From the human T2T-CHM13v2.0 reference genome, Homo sapiens: a DNA stretch of 64,000 nt. Positions 34,826 through 48,767 of this stretch are shown here, one piece after another. Each line of letters starts with the position of its first letter. Position 1 is the first letter of the stretch. The stretch lies in NCBI RefSeq assembly GCF_009914755.1, contig NC_060939.1. One strand, written 5' to 3'. Below the pieces are notes generated by a model. That model did no database searches. It was not told the DNA's origin and saw only the letters and a list, made by a program, of their open reading frames with translations. A program made the translations under genes and the position numbers.

Positions 34826-36979
34826 AAAGACAAGGATTCCTGCTGTCACCACTCCTATTCAACATAATATTGGAAGTTCTGACCAGGGCAATCAGGCAAG
34901 AGAAAGAAATAAAGCATATTCACATAGGAGGAGAGGAAGTCAAATTGTTTCTGTTTGCAGATGACATGATTGTATATTTAGAAAACCCCGTTGTCTCAGC
35001 CCAAAAACTCCTTAAGCTGATAAGCAACTTCAGCAAAGTCTCAAGATACAAAATGAATGTGCAAAAATCACAAACATTCCTAAAAAACCAACAATAGACA
35101 AGCAGACAGCCAAATAATGAGTGAACTCCCATTCACAATTGCTACGAAGAGAATAAAATATCTAGGAACACAACTTACAAGGGATGTGAAGGACCTCTTC
35201 AAGGAGAACTACAAACCACTGCTCAAGAAAATAAGAGAGGACATGAACAAATGGAAAAAAATTCCATGCTTATGGATAGGAAGAATCAATATTGTGAAAA
35301 TGGCTATACTGCCCAAAGCAATTTATAGATTCAATGCTGTTCCCATCAAGCTACCATTGACTTTCTTTACAGAATTAGAAAAAACTAATTTAAACTGGAT
35401 GAACTGATGGAACCAAAAAAGAGCCTATATAGCCAAGACAATCTTAAGCAAAAATAACAAAGCTGGAGGCATCATGCTACCTGACTTCAAACTATACTAC
35501 AAGGCTACAGTAACAAAAACAGCATGGTAATGGTACCAAAACAGACATATAGACCAATGGAACAGAACAGAGACCTCAGAAAGAACACCACACATCTACA
35601 ACCATGTGATCTTCAACATGACAAAAACAAGCAATGGGGAAAAAATTCCCTATTTAATGAATGATGCTGGGAAAACTGGCTAGTCATAGGCAGAAAGCAG
35701 AAACTGGACCCCTTCCTTACACCTTATACAAAAATTAACTCAAGATGGGTTAAAGACTTAAATGCAAAACCTAAAACCATAAAAACCCTAGAAGAAAACC
35801 TAGGCAAAACAATTCAGGACATAGGCATGGGCAAAGACTTCATGACTGAAACGCCAAAAGTAATTGCAACAAAAGCCAAAATTGACAAATGGGATCTAAT
35901 CCAACTAAAGAGCTTCTGCACAGCAAATGAAACTGTCATCAGAGTGAACAGGCAACCTACAGAATGGGAGAAAATTTTTGCAATCATCTACCCATCTGAC
36001 AAAGGTCTAATATCCAAAATCTACAAGGAACTTTATGAGAAAAAAACAAACAACCTCATCAAAAAGTGGGCAAAGGATATGAACAGACACTTCTCAAAGG
36101 AAGACTTTTATGAGGCCAAAAAACATGAAAAAAGCTCATCATTGCTGGTCATTAGAAAAATGCAAATCAAAACCACAATGAGATACCATCTCACACCAGT
36201 TAGAATGGCAATTATTAAAAAGTCAGGAAACAACAGATGCTGGTGAAGCTGTGGAGAAACAGGAATCCTTTTACACTGTTGGTGGGAGTGTAAGTTAGTT
36301 CAACCATTGTGGAAGACAGAATGGTGATTTCTCAAGGATCTAGAACCAGAAATACCATTTGACCCAGCAATCCTATTACTGGGTATATACTCGAAGGATT
36401 ATAAATCATTCTACTATAAAGACACATGCACAAATATATTTACATTACCAGCACTATTTACAATAACAAAGACTTGGAACCAACCCAAATGCCCATCAAT
36501 GTTAGACTGAATAAAGAAAATGTGGTGTGTATACACCATGGAATACTATGCAGCCATAAAAAAGAATGAGTTCATGTCCCTTGCAGGGACATGGATAAAG
36601 CTGGAAACCATCATTCTCAGCAAACTAACACAGGAACAGAAAACCAAACACCACATGTTCTCACTCATAAGTGGGAGTTAAACCACGAGAACACATGGAC
36701 ACAGGGAGGGGAACATCACACACCAGGGCCTGTCGGGGGGTGGGGTCAAGGGGAGGGAGAGCATTAGGACAAATATCTAATGCATGTGGGCCTTAAAACC
36801 TAGATGACAGGTTGATAGGTGCAGCAAACCACCATGGCACATATATATGATCATGCCACTGCACTCCAGCCTGGGCGACAAAGCAACTCTGTCAAAAAAA
36901 AAATAAAAAATAAAAAATAAAAAAATAAAAGCCTGCACATTCTGCACATGTATCCCAGAACTTAAAGTAAAATTTATAA
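34826..36979 (+). mobile_element. L1PA7/8-like, 5'-truncated (2.15 kb)
   Basis: 13-bp TSD aaaagtgtgcata at a canonical TT|AAAA site. ORF2 peptides at 34768-35097 (FADDMIVY), 35117-35407 and 35827-36246. 3'UTR ggccttaaaacctagatgac. Confidence 0.93.
36849..36930 (+). mobile_element. Severely 5'-truncated Alu (3' ~45 bp plus A tail)
   Basis: gatcatgccactgcactccagcctgggcgacaaagcaactctgtc followed by an (AAAAAAT)n tail, inside the L1PA 3'UTR. Confidence 0.88.
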
Positions 36980-36992
36980 AAAAGTGTGCATA

Positions 36993-37675
36993 GTAATTTC
37001 ATTCATAACATCCCCAAAATGAACACAACCAAGTGTTCGTCAATCAAACAGATAAACAAACTGTGATATAGTCATACAATAAACTATCACTTGGCAAAAA
37101 TTACAAACTACTGATACACACAGCAAAATGAATGAATCTCAATAACATTAAATGATGTGAAAAAAAGAAAACCTTACACAAAAGAGTACACTTATTTGAA
37201 ATTCCAGAACAGGCAAAACTAATCCTGAAATAAAAAGTGAGAAGTGAGGCCGCTGTGTGTTTGTGTGAATATGTGTGTATGGAGGGGAATTGCCAGGGTA
37301 ACGGATTTAAAGTAACTTTGGGGGGTGAAGATAATGTCCTGTATCTTGATACTATAAGTACATTATTTCATCAAAACAGTGACTTTACACTGACGATCAT
37401 GCGAATGTATATAACATTTACACTGAAAGAAAAATACTGAACTGTAGTTAATACTACACATGCAGTGTGTATGTGTGTATAATAATGTCTGCAGTTTACT
37501 TTTCAATCTTTCAAAATTAAACAGATTGGCCGATGGATAGAGGGCTAGATGGTTGAATAGGCATGCAACAAAATGTGTAGTAGAATCTAGGTGGTGGATA
37601 TACAGGTTTGCATGGTAAGTCTTCCATGTTTGCTGTATGTTTGAGATTTTCTTCATAATAAAATGCTGAAAAAAC
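36993..37675 (+). mobile_element. L1ME-like 3' fragment
   Basis: aaacaaactgtgatatagtcatacaataaac...atgaatctcaataacatt...ggggtgaagataatgtcctgtatcttgat. Confidence 0.7.
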
Positions 37676-38190
37676 CTCAATAATGGAGACAAGGGTTACT
37701 TACATGCATGAACTTTATCATCATCATCACCATTATAATCACTACCACATCCACCAGTTAAATTTCTTGAGAATCTGACTTGGCTTAGACATACTCAAAA
37801 TATGTATTATCCTCACACTAATCCTTTGATGTAGACACTCTTTCCAAGTCACATATAAGGGATGTTAAACTGCTTAAGGTCATCCTCAGTGAATAAGTAG
37901 CTTGAGCACATACACTATACGAAGTAGGTTCTGTTAGTTTATTTACTTGTTATTGCTTAAGTTCTCAACATGACCCATTGTTGGCCAAAAAGCAAACAAA
38001 GCCTAGTATAAGTTTCTAGACACTCAAATTTTTAACACTGTTGTTCAGATGATAGAATACATTAGGTAAGTAGAAAAAGAAATGATCAGCCAAAGCTTAA
38101 ACAGTGATTCCATTAAAATATATAGATAAATTAGGAAAGAGAGCTAATTTGAAATGGAAATTTACATGGCTGATTTTGTTTATGCTGCAG

Positions 38191-38286
38191 GTGGTTCTAG
38201 AAGTGATAAGGTCCTATTATATAATAGGAGACACTGAGCTGGATTTGGAATGAACAGGAACACGGTCAGTCAAAGACAACTTGCAG
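38191..38286 (+). other. Candidate non-coding exon (96 bp)
   Basis: ctgattttgtttatgctgcag| ... CAG|gtaagg. Stops in all three frames. Splice signals only. Confidence 0.2.
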
Positions 38287-39263
38287 GTAAGGAAGTTACT
38301 CCTCTGAGCATAGTAATAGAGAACCTGCCACTTTTGAGAAACCCTTTGATGCTGTTGTTGTACTTTTTTCCACTTACAAATGAAAGATGCGTAAGAGTGC
38401 TTTGGATCATGAGCTATGTCTTTGATTATTTGCCAGTTACCTTGAAAGATAAAGTTGCTCAGTGACTTTATGCTTGGTAGCCTCATTTCCAAATTACTTC
38501 AGGTTATATTAATCTAGAATGCAATGAGATCTTGTCCAAGTGTTTTAAGGAAAAATCAGTTCATCCTTGGCATATTTCAAAGAGAATGAGGAGCAGTGTC
38601 TTGACAGAGAATTTTTGCTTGGTATCATTGAGACCAGGAAATCTGCCTGGTTGATATTTAAAAAACTGGTCAATATTGAGAGTGGTGATCCCTGTGTGCA
38701 GTCTTGAGTTATTACTTCTTTTGCAAAGATACTATTTAGCATTGAGGAAAAGATTTATAAAATTTAGGTGCTAGATCTATAAAGGCTTACTCTTAATGGA
38801 AGTATGGAAGTAGACAGTTTCCCATAATAAAACTGCATAGGCTTTCTAAGATGCTGCTGCTTTGCTTTTGGCTGGAATTGGATCAACACAGACGTTATAG
38901 CCATCAGACCCCTGACTGAGTATTTGTGGCATTATAAGAATTTTGGGGCTGGACCAACTTATCTGAGCTGCCAGTAAGATATTCAAGGTAACCAAATTGA
39001 AAATAATAATAGTAATACAGTAAATTTCTTGAATAAAATACAAAGAATCTTTGATTTGGTCTAATCTCTTCAGGAAATTGCCTGGAAAATGCCACTATAA
39101 TTTTCTGAAGAGCCAAGTTATGAACTCAGATATTCTGACTCCTAGTACCTGTCTCTGTCAGCTATAAAAAGTTTAGTCAAGTCTCTTCTCTCACGAAGAA
39201 TAAATGTCATACAGGTCTCTGGGAGGCTAAATGTTTGAAATTGAGCCAAATGTCTATAGGATT

Positions 39264-40548
39264 AGACTTCAGCTACTGACCATGATGGACTAAAAGGGGC
39301 TGAATTTGTCTTCCTACATTTAACAACAACAACAACCAACCCAAACATATAAAACAATAGCATTTTCAGGTATTAAACAACAGACAATGCAGTACTGTGA
39401 AGTTTAAGAATAGGGAAATAAATGAAATGAGTCCTACAGTATCTTCAGCTGACTGTAAAGTTTCCAGGGCACGGCTCAGGAATAGGAACATCCAGAAAAT
39501 CCTGGTGGCTTTTCTGAGTTGAGGAGAGATTAGAAAGGCCAACGTGGCCATCATTTGTGGGAGAGAGTATAGAGAGGAAACATCTGCCGCCCTCCCCAGA
39601 GAGACAGAAAGAGCTCTATCAACAAAGAATTTCTCTCAATGTTTAGCTTAATACCAACTAGCTAATGTATTTCAGGTAACCACCCGAAAGAAGCAGGTGG
39701 AACAATCCTTGAGGTTCATACAGGGCTAAGAATAGTTCAAGTTCCCATAAGGCAGTAAGGAAAGAGCTAACACATGCAGTAGAATCCTCAAAAGTTATAA
39801 CCTGGACTAAAGATTGTTCTGGATCCACCCAACCAAGTTTAAAAACAAGTCTCAAGAAAATCAAATTATTTCCAAGTAACTTACCTACATTCAAGAAAAA
39901 AAAATCCCCCTAATATTTAAAGAAATAATATTTCTAAAAAATTTTACATCTAATAAAATTCACATTGTATGACACTTAATCAAAATTTACTAGGCATGTA
40001 GAGAAGAAAAAGACCCATTACAAGTAGGAAAAAAATCAATCTAAAGAAACCCAGAAATAAAAATAAAACTGATAATAGAATTAGTAGACAAAGAGGATAA
40101 AACAGTATTATCAATGTATTCTCTACTTTCAGCAGAGGAAAATATAAACATAAGAAGGAGAAAAATAAAAGCTATAAAGCTATATAAAAGATACAAGTAA
40201 AAATCCTAAAAAGGAAAAATACAAGGTCTGAGATGAAAAATGTATTGGATTAGCAGAGATAAGGCATTACAGAAAAAAAATTAATCAACTTGAACACATA
40301 GAAACTATCCAAAAATGAAACACACAGAGAAAAGAAGCTTGAGGAAAAGAAAAAAAATGAACAAAGTATTATTGAACAGTAGGGCAATGTCAAATGGCCT
40401 AACCTATCTGTAACAGGCACCCAAAAATAGAAAAAGCAGGGTGAGGTGGGGACATAAAAATTTTGAAGAAATAATGGCTAAAACATTTTTCATCAAATTT
40501 TGAAAACTATAAACACATAGATTCGAGAAACTCAACAAACTCTAAACA
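39264..40548 (+). mobile_element. Ancient L1M 5'UTR/ORF1 fragment
   Basis: gacttcagctactgaccatgatgg 5' end and ORF1-like tttgaagaaataatggctaaaacatttt...gattcgagaaactcaacaaactc. Confidence 0.65.
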
Positions 40549-40601
40549 GTTTTTTTTTATCAGACATTTATTACATATCTGTTGTGCTAATTAGGTGTCA
40601 T

Positions 40602-41125
40602 TGGCGGTTTCTAAATTGGCCCCCATTGATTGCATCCTCCTGATGTTCACGCCCTTATGCAGTTCCCTTTCACTGCATTTTTGATGAACTTATTGATTTA
40701 TATCTAGTGAATAAAATACAGCAGAAGTTATAGGACGTCATTTCCAAGATTATGTTATAAAATGATGGTAGCTTACATCTTGGTCTCTCTCTCTTGCAAT
40801 TTCTCTCTCTTTCATTACTCGTTGCCATAATATGAGGACACATAACATGAGGCCACCTATGTAGAGGTCCATTTGTCAAGGAACTGAGTGAGTTCTACCA
40901 ACAACCATATGAGTGAGATTTGAAGCTGACACTCTGGACCCAGGTGCCATTGAGATGATTGCAGCCCTGGTGGACAACTTGACTGTGACCTCATGGGAGG
41001 TCCCTGAGTCAGAAGCACCCATCTAAGCCAGAGCTGTCCCACCAAAACTCAGATAATAAATGCTTGTTGATTTAAACAGCTAAGTTTTGGGGTTATTTGT
41101 TTCACAACACTAGATAACTAATATG
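40602..41125 (+). mobile_element. MLT1-family solo LTR (MaLR)
   Basis: ctaaattggcccccattga...aataaatgcttgttgatttaaacagctaagttttggggttatttgtttcacaacactagataactaat. Confidence 0.8.
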
Positions 41126-41310
41126 TTGACAAGTGTGTGAAATCAGAAAGCTTGCATTCTGCCTAGACTGTCTAGTAGAGTATTCCAGAAATATTTGTGA
41201 AACAAATGTTCGAAAGATAAGACAGATATTCCAAATAAGTATTCTATAAAGACAGAAGCAGTTGTTCTTGAGTGAAGCATTTTAAAACTGGTAATATTGC
41301 TATGGGGATT

Positions 41311-41615
41311 CTTTTTTTATTTTTTTTTATTTTTTTGAGATGGAGTCTTGCTCTGTCGCCCAGGCTGGAGTGCAGTGGCATGATCTCGGCTCACTGCAAC
41401 CTCTGTTTCCTGGGTTCAGGCAATTCTCTGGCTCAGCCTCCTGAGTAGCTGGGGTTACAGGCGCCCACCAACACGCTAGGCTAATTTTTGTATTTTTAGT
41501 AGAGATGGGGTTTCACCATCTCGGCCAGGTTGGTCTTGAACTCCTGACCTTATGATCCACCTGCCTCGGTGTCCCAAAATGCTGGGATTACAGGTGTGAG
41601 CCACCACATCTGGCC
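41311..41615 (-). mobile_element. AluSg-group element
   Basis: Full dimer with a T-rich tail. TSD gctatggggatt / actacggggatt. Confidence 0.92.
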
Positions 41616-43438
41616 ACTACGGGGATTACTGAGAGAGAGAGAGATCTTTTCTGGTTGAGGAATGAGGGGATTCTTTCTGGAGGAGACAGTAATTTATGCG
41701 GGCTTTGGAGGAGATAGAATTTGGACACATGTTACTGACAATTAATCTAGCCGGATACTCGAAAATGAAAGAATAAATGGGGTGATAGGAAAGGTGGTAA
41801 ATCAAAGGCTATGTATAGGAAGCCATGAGCAGAAGGCAAGGTGAGAAAAGAACAAAGACATTAATGGGGAATAAAAAGCATATTTTCTGCAGATATAATT
41901 GCAAATTTTATTTTGAGAGCTCATGTTAGGTAGATGGTACATATTAAAACAAAACACTAATTCTTGCAAATAACTCTTTTTAATGTTATACTCTTCTTAA
42001 TAACAATAGGCATATGCATTCACCTGAGTTGCACTTATAGGAATGAGCTAAAGAGTTTTTATATTTTCTCAGAGAATAATATAGTGGGATAAGGTACAAT
42101 GGTAGTTCATTAAGCAGAGTATTGCTGTATTTCAAAAAACTGCAGTGACAGCCACACCTTGAGGAAAGTGTGATTCCAAAGAAAAAAATCAATTTTCTTG
42201 TCTGACTTACATTACAACTATAGATAGTACAAACTTTGATTATATTGGGCTCATTATCATCATTACTTATATAATCAGACCGTTCTTTTTGACTTGTCTA
42301 CCTTATTTATCTTCACACTTTCTGGTCTTCTTGTCCTGATGGTCCATAGTAGTTTTGTCTTGCCAATTTAAATTCCAGCTTGCTTCCCCACACCGTTCAT
42401 TGATCACTTGATTTTCCATTTTTAATTTCCACCCTTCTGACTTCCAGTCACACTTTTCATGGTGCTGCTAATTCTGCCTTTTATTCGCCTGCCATGTTTC
42501 ATCATTAAGTGACCATGGAAGTTTCTATCTTGCAGAGGACACGAGCCTCCCTGAGCACATCTTGCTAAAATGTGCACTTTAGAACTACCTAGAACATGGG
42601 CAGCCAGCAGGATAATGTGTCCACATGCATTTTAAATGTGGATCTCTGAGCCTACTCCTTGTTACTTTACTTCCAGCTCTCAAAGAAATATTGCTTAACA
42701 AAATTGTATTTCAGTGATGTACTAAAATACGAATAATATGTTCAGGTGCAACAATATGATGTTGGGATTTGGTTGGTTCTCAAGAGAAGTGATTGGTTTT
42801 CATTGCTGGAGAAGATAGTCTTTCAGAAACGAGGCATTACAGACACAAAACTTAACAGAGACCCAGAATAGTTTAATCTGCTGTATGAACACATAGCCAG
42901 GATTCTGTTCATAGTTTTGTGGATTCCTTGAGCATATTTTGCCAATGAATGTGTATGAAAGCAGTACACATAGTTTGAAATATAAAGCCAGGGTTTTCAG
43001 ATGAGAGGTGCTGGAATAGAACTACATTTTGCAAAGTAATGAAGTAGGGCTCACTTTCACCAAAAACCATCAGGGATAAGGAGGCAGGTCACAGCCCACA
43101 CTGAAGGTGGATGCAAAGGTCACTGTAGAAAGTTCTAAACTACAACTGAGAAGATGTCTGATATTAACAAATGAAGCTACTCCTTTCCCTTTAAAATATC
43201 TAAAATATATTTTTGTGCTGACTGAATTAGGTTTTCCTTATTCTTCTCCATTTTAAAGTCAGCTGAATAGAAGTTCAACCTAATCAAAGTTTACTTTTTA
43301 AAAGAACAAGCCCTTTAGAGAATGTGTAATTTTTCATTATAGTTGGGTATTTCTCAGTAGGAAAAATGAAAAACTTTAGCACATACTGGAAATTAAGAAA
43401 TTAAGAAATTAACTTAGTCTTAAGGTCAGATTACTTAC

Positions 43439-43501
43439 TGTCTTATTTTCTACTTTGGATTTTTTCAGGAAGTGGCAACAATTGTCACTACAAAGACGTG
43501 C
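43439..43501 (-). other. Candidate internal exon (63 bp) of a - strand transcript
   Basis: tttactgatttttttttag|GCACGTC...AAGACA|gtaagt. Open in phase 0 (ARLCSDNCCHFLKKSKVENKT). Splice signals only. Confidence 0.35.
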
Positions 43502-44169
43502 CTAAAAAAAAATCAGTAAAGCAGGCAGGTGCCTACCAGGTTGGTTTGCAAATGTCCTTATGCACTTAATAAGACCTTGTCTATTTCCTGACTACTTTTC
43601 AATCCATTAATTAGTGATGTTGTACTTTCTTTGTAGGTTATCATTAGAGGCAGTAATGGGAGACTGGATGAATGAAAACTTATGCAAATTATACATCCCA
43701 ACCAGTCACAAAGACAGACTGGAGACGTCAAGTCCAAAATTTGTTAATGTCCTCAGCCATAGACATAGTTATTATTTCTCCACATTTGTCTATATTTTGA
43801 TTTTCTGATTAAGATTATGGAAATACTGCTAGATGGCTGGCTTCATTTATTGAACTGATCTTTGTCTGCCAGTTGAGTCTGTACTTATCTCAATTGTGTA
43901 AGCCAGGTTTCACCCATGAAGACTCCCTTTTTTCATCACTTGGGACTGACTGGGGTCCCGGTTTCTGCTGATTCTCTGGTGTATTTTCTACCTGGTTTTT
44001 TACACCACTTGCTGGGCTCTGCAGGTGCTACTATCAAGGCCTCTTCACTCTGACACTCTATTGTGTTTATCTGTTTACACATCTAGCGAAAATGTGAGCC
44101 ATTGGAGGGCAGAAGCTATCATATTTGTGTTATATCCACAGAGTTTATCACAGAGCTTAATATATGGAT

Positions 44170-44370
44170 CAGGGGATTCAAACTGGTTGCCAGGCTTTCG
44201 GCCACCTGTATTTTTTAGCCAGCACAGGGTTAACAATAAGTAAATTTGAATGTCTTTAGGTGGGCCTACTCTCTGCTATTTGCCACAGTCTCTATCTTCT
44301 TATATGTGACCACAGTCAATCTCTATTTCACCAGTCTCACCCATGTAGGCACCCTAGTTTGTGGTCCTGG
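44170..44370. mobile_element. hAT-Charlie MITE (MER102/MER58-like) within an L2 3' end
   Basis: caggggattcaaactgg...tagtttgtggtcctg ends. L2-type gaatgaat tail at ~44400. Confidence 0.5.
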
Positions 44371-47099
44371 TTGTAGATGATGAATACATGCTAATTATGT
44401 GAATGAATACATCAATGAATGTACTTCTTATTTTGCATGGAGAATTGATTGTTATCTAAATATTCTTGTCCTGAAAATTCCCCTAGTTTCATCTCTCATT
44501 TTGGAAAATACAGGTAGAAAAACAGATAACTGTAATGTGCAATGCACAAATAAGCATTTCTGAATACTTGCCAGAGGTGAGCCACTCTGTGCATTCTAGT
44601 GGCTCAATTAGAGAGGAAAACAAATTCAACTGTGTTATTTGCAGAACCCATAAGATGCAAACAAACCATTTGCTGTGGAAAAGCTCAAGATTTTTGTATC
44701 TGAGATGAGTGATAACTTCTACCTTGGATCATCTTAAAACAGGCAGTGTAATTTTAAAAAACAATGACCCCGACCAACATGCCAAATGTATGTTCAACAA
44801 CGTATTTCCCAAGGTAGATTCTTAAGATACCCCCCACTATTGCCAATGACAACACACTAGAGAACAATTCAATAAATGTGATTTGGGGCCACAGAAATTC
44901 TCTACAGTATGAACCTCTCCCCTGGCCTAGGGGAAGTTTTAAGCAATTAACTGAATGAAATTCAGATCGTCAGACAAAAATGTTGGTACTGAGATAGTAA
45001 TCTTGGGCAAAGTTAACCTTCATCTGAAGAAGTAAATTTGGTTCTTCTTTACCCATCTGATGAATGGCAGACTCAGTCTCTTAAGAGTTAACTCCAAGCC
45101 TCTAATAATTTTAACTTTTCAGAAGCAACCACTACCAGATGTTCATTTTGGCCATAAAAGTTCCCACCCAATAAAGGTACAACATCCATAAAAGTCGATC
45201 TTTGAACAACTTACTACCTGTGAACATTTCCAGCTAATCAGCTTGTGTTAAATACATGTTTAGGTATTTGAAAGAAAAGAACTTGATACATAGAATCATC
45301 ATTAGGACAATTCAATGCTGATGTTGATTTCCAAAGAGATTTTATAAGAAGTCTTTCTGAATAATTAGAGAATAAGACTCATTGTCTGTTAGGTCCATTC
45401 TTTTGTTCAAGAAAGTGAAGCCTACAGGATAAACTCGTAACTAGTAAGTGGCAGAGCTAGGTCTGGAGTGAGTCACTAAATTTGGTCTCTCCACACCTGC
45501 CTATAAAAAGGGGATAACATGATAATTATACCAAAGGAAAAAAAATCCTGAGTACATATAATAACAAAGACTATTTGCACTAACAATAAAAGAAGTACCA
45601 TTTCTCAACGCCACGTAACAGAGTGCATATTCTTCCTTAAAGCACACACTAAAATAAACATTTGTTACTTGGACAATAGACTGAAGTTTGCTTTAACCAT
45701 TATATTCGTTTTAACCCCTGGTAGATCTAAATTGACATGTTTATGTCTCAGTCATTTTTCTACTTCTGCTCTTATCGGCCCAGAAATGATGAGAAGCACC
45801 AACGAAGGAAAATGTGAGGGAAGCTAGGTGCCAAGCCCTTACATTACTGCTAGCAGATCTCAGACAGCTTTCTCTTTGACATAAAGGGACTTGTCCCAGC
45901 AAGATTAGCTCTGTGTCCTCCAAATGGAGCCAGACTGTGTTGACTGCATGGCCAACTCTGATAGGATGACCCAAGGAGGCTCCCACTGAGCAGAGAAGAT
46001 ATGGAACTCTAGATCCTATGCATTTACAGACAGGGTCTTGTCTTCTTTAGAGAAGACTGCTTTAACCCTCATTGTCAAAGACTCTGGGTGGCTACAGCAA
46101 TTTTCATTTGTTTCATTTGAAATACTCTGGCTCATTCAAAAAGGCACAGGGACGTGGCTAGATAACTGCACTAATTGTTATCTAGCCTTTGTATGCACTT
46201 AACCGTGCTTCTGCATGTATGACAGGCAGTATAGCCATGATAGCCAAGGAGTACACTGGGCCTTCAGAAGACACATCTTCCATTTACAATTTAAAAGAAG
46301 AGGTGCCAATATTAGATTGTCATGCAACCAAACATACATTGTCTAAGATATAAAAGCAATTGTATCTGAAAGTGGGAAATCTCCACCTCAATTATCACAT
46401 TGACAATAGGGGCATTTCTTCAGAGGCCAAATATCTGGTTGCTCAGAAGAGAGAGAAAGCTGCCTATGATACGTGCAGGAGATTTTATTTTTTTTTTAAG
46501 TATAATTATGACATCACTGACCAGTGCCTATAATGTAAGACCTGGTTCAAAATCTGTTTAGAGAAATTCAATATAACAAAAGTGTGTTAAAAATTTATCA
46601 GCTACATGTATGAGTCCAGTTGCCATTCTAAATGCTGGTGTGGTTATGTAGTAAAGTTAAATTGGTATAAGCAACAATATTATTCCCTGGAAGGGACATT
46701 TCCTGGGTGGAACATAGAAAAGGAGACAGGTAATATGTTTGAACAATTAAAAACAAAAAACCCAGGAAGCTGGGCAGATGAGTGTATTGTGGTGGGAAGG
46801 GCAAGTTGTGACCTTAGATTTCTGTATCTTTAGTTGTTTCACTTTCTATACCATTTAATGATTGAAAAATGCGGTTGGACTGCCGGAACCACAGAACAGG
46901 AACTCCACTGGGGCAGGAGTTAAAGGCAAAAAAGCTTTTGTGTGGGTTCACTTACTATTTTAATTCATTTGTATTCTTAGTCAGCTTTAAAGGTATGATT
47001 GCTTCGTCTGCCTACTGCTCTTTCTCTTCTTCCTTTCATGCTGTTTTACCCTTACCTCTCTCTGTTCTCTGCTAGGGGATGTAACCTTCGGCACGGTGG

Positions 47100-47690
47100 G
47101 AAAAGCCAATTTTGCCATAGGCCTCAGCTTGCTCTGACTCGGCTACTAACTTGACTCATAGCTTCAGGCAGGTTATTTCATGGTTCTGATGCTCATTTTC
47201 CTCATCTTGAATCAGAGATTTTATTAACTGTCTCCTGGTTTGTGAAAATTCAATATGATCACGTGTTACATGCCAATCACAGAAACTGGTGCGAAGTTGT
47301 GTTCCTCAGTGGTAGCTATTGTTGTAAGTCGGAATTGCATGACAATGGCAGCTGTTTTCTATCACGTCCTCATGTTTTCTAAATTTTTATCCCCCTTTCT
47401 CCCATTTCCTACCTTAGTATTGTTAATAGCTAACTTTTATTAAGTGGTTACCATGGCCCAGGACACTGTAATGAGGATTCTATGTGAATTACCTAATTAA
47501 TTTCTCAGAAAGTATGAGATAGCTATTATTTTAAGCTATTTAAGCTATTTTAAGCTATTTAAACAACCAGTTTGTTGAAGTTAAAATTTAGAGAGGTTAA
47601 GTGAACTCGTCCATTTACACAATTAGTTGCCCAGGCAGAATTTGATTTGAGGTCTGACTCCAAAGCCGGAGCTCTTAATCACCAGTGACA
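47100..47690. mobile_element. Two MIR fragments (+ at ~47100-47330, - at ~47430-47690)
   Basis: ctcattttcctcatc...ggtttgtgaaaattcaat and tagagaggttaagtgaactcgtcc...ggtctgactccaaagcc. Confidence 0.65.
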
Positions 47691-48381
47691 CCAACTAAAC
47701 GCTTCATTTCAGAGCTCGCCTATTCCCAGAGGTCCCATTCCCGTTTTAAGGTTATTTTCTGTAACTCTCGTATCTAATTTAAAAATGCTATTTCCCAGAG
47801 ATGAGTCCCTGATCTCCCAGAAGGCATGGATCATACATTTCTTTTCCTAATCCACCCACATTCCTAGAGCGCACAGACTTAGGCTCGTTCATAGACGGGA
47901 AAAGAAACTGACCAGGCAGTGAAACCGAGCAAACAAAGTGCAATAAGACAATTACAGCAGGAAAGCGGCGTAAAAAAAAGTAGAAAAAGAAAGTAAGGGA
48001 AAGGGGAAATAAATAGCAAATATTCGCTGAGTGCCAACAATCGCACGGGAGGGTCTTTAGGGTTCTCTGCCGAGTACTCGGGACGGCTTGCTGAGCAGTA
48101 CGCCGGCCTTATCTCATAGATGAGGCACCAAGGCTCAGGAAACAGTTCTGTGGATCTGGGCGGGCATCTTCCACCCACAGTCGCGCACACGTGGCATAGG
48201 TTAATAGGCTGTCTGGCTCGGGTACCTCTTCCCAGGGTCAGGGCGTTACAAAGGGAGGCTGCTGTCTTCCCATGAATCTATTAGGGACCTACAGGAGCGA
48301 AGAGAACCCTTCTGAGTATCAGCGAAGACAGCTTATTAAGACTTTACGAGTTTGCAAGCCATCCTCGTCCTATTTCCTCAC

Positions 48382-48540
48382 TTCGGACTTTTTGGACACA
48401 CCTTCCTTTTCCTGTGAGCCAACCCAAACGAATGAGTTACAAGTAATCGCCTTCTCTACGCCCAGCCAGTGCCCAGCACCAAGCATAGCGCCTCCTTGCA
48501 ACACCCGGCCGAGCTCCCGGCGGCAGCGCGGGCGCTTGGG
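48382..48540 (-). ncRNA. Candidate first exon of a divergent (- strand) transcript
   Basis: Lies on the upstream side of the GC-box cluster. Donor GAA|gtgagg at 48381, ATG at 48486. TSS position is a guess. Confidence 0.25.
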
Positions 48541-48639
48541 TCGGAGGCTGCTCAAAGGTGACGCGCGGCCGCCTCCTCCCCTTTAAGGCGGGGCTCGCAA
48601 GGGCGGTGGGGGGGCCCGAGGAAGTCCGGGGGCCCTCGG

Positions 48640-48767
48640 TGATGCCCCCGCCCCCGCCGCGTCAGGGTTGCTCCCTGCGCTTCCGAGTGGCGACTGCAGC
48701 GGGTCCGGTGCAGGTGAGGGGCGCGCGCCTGCCCAGCTTTGCAGCCCCCGAACGCGGCCTCGCACAG
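48640..48767 (+). other. Probable first exon of an unidentified + strand gene, with alternative donors at 48714 and 48768
   Basis: Two CAG|GTGAGG donors 54 nt apart directly downstream of the GC boxes. 5' boundary approximate. Confidence 0.55.

Noticed and set aside
47521-47562. (taagctattt)x3-4 short tandem repeat
   Set aside because: Small slippage duplication inside a MIR with nothing to suggest function.
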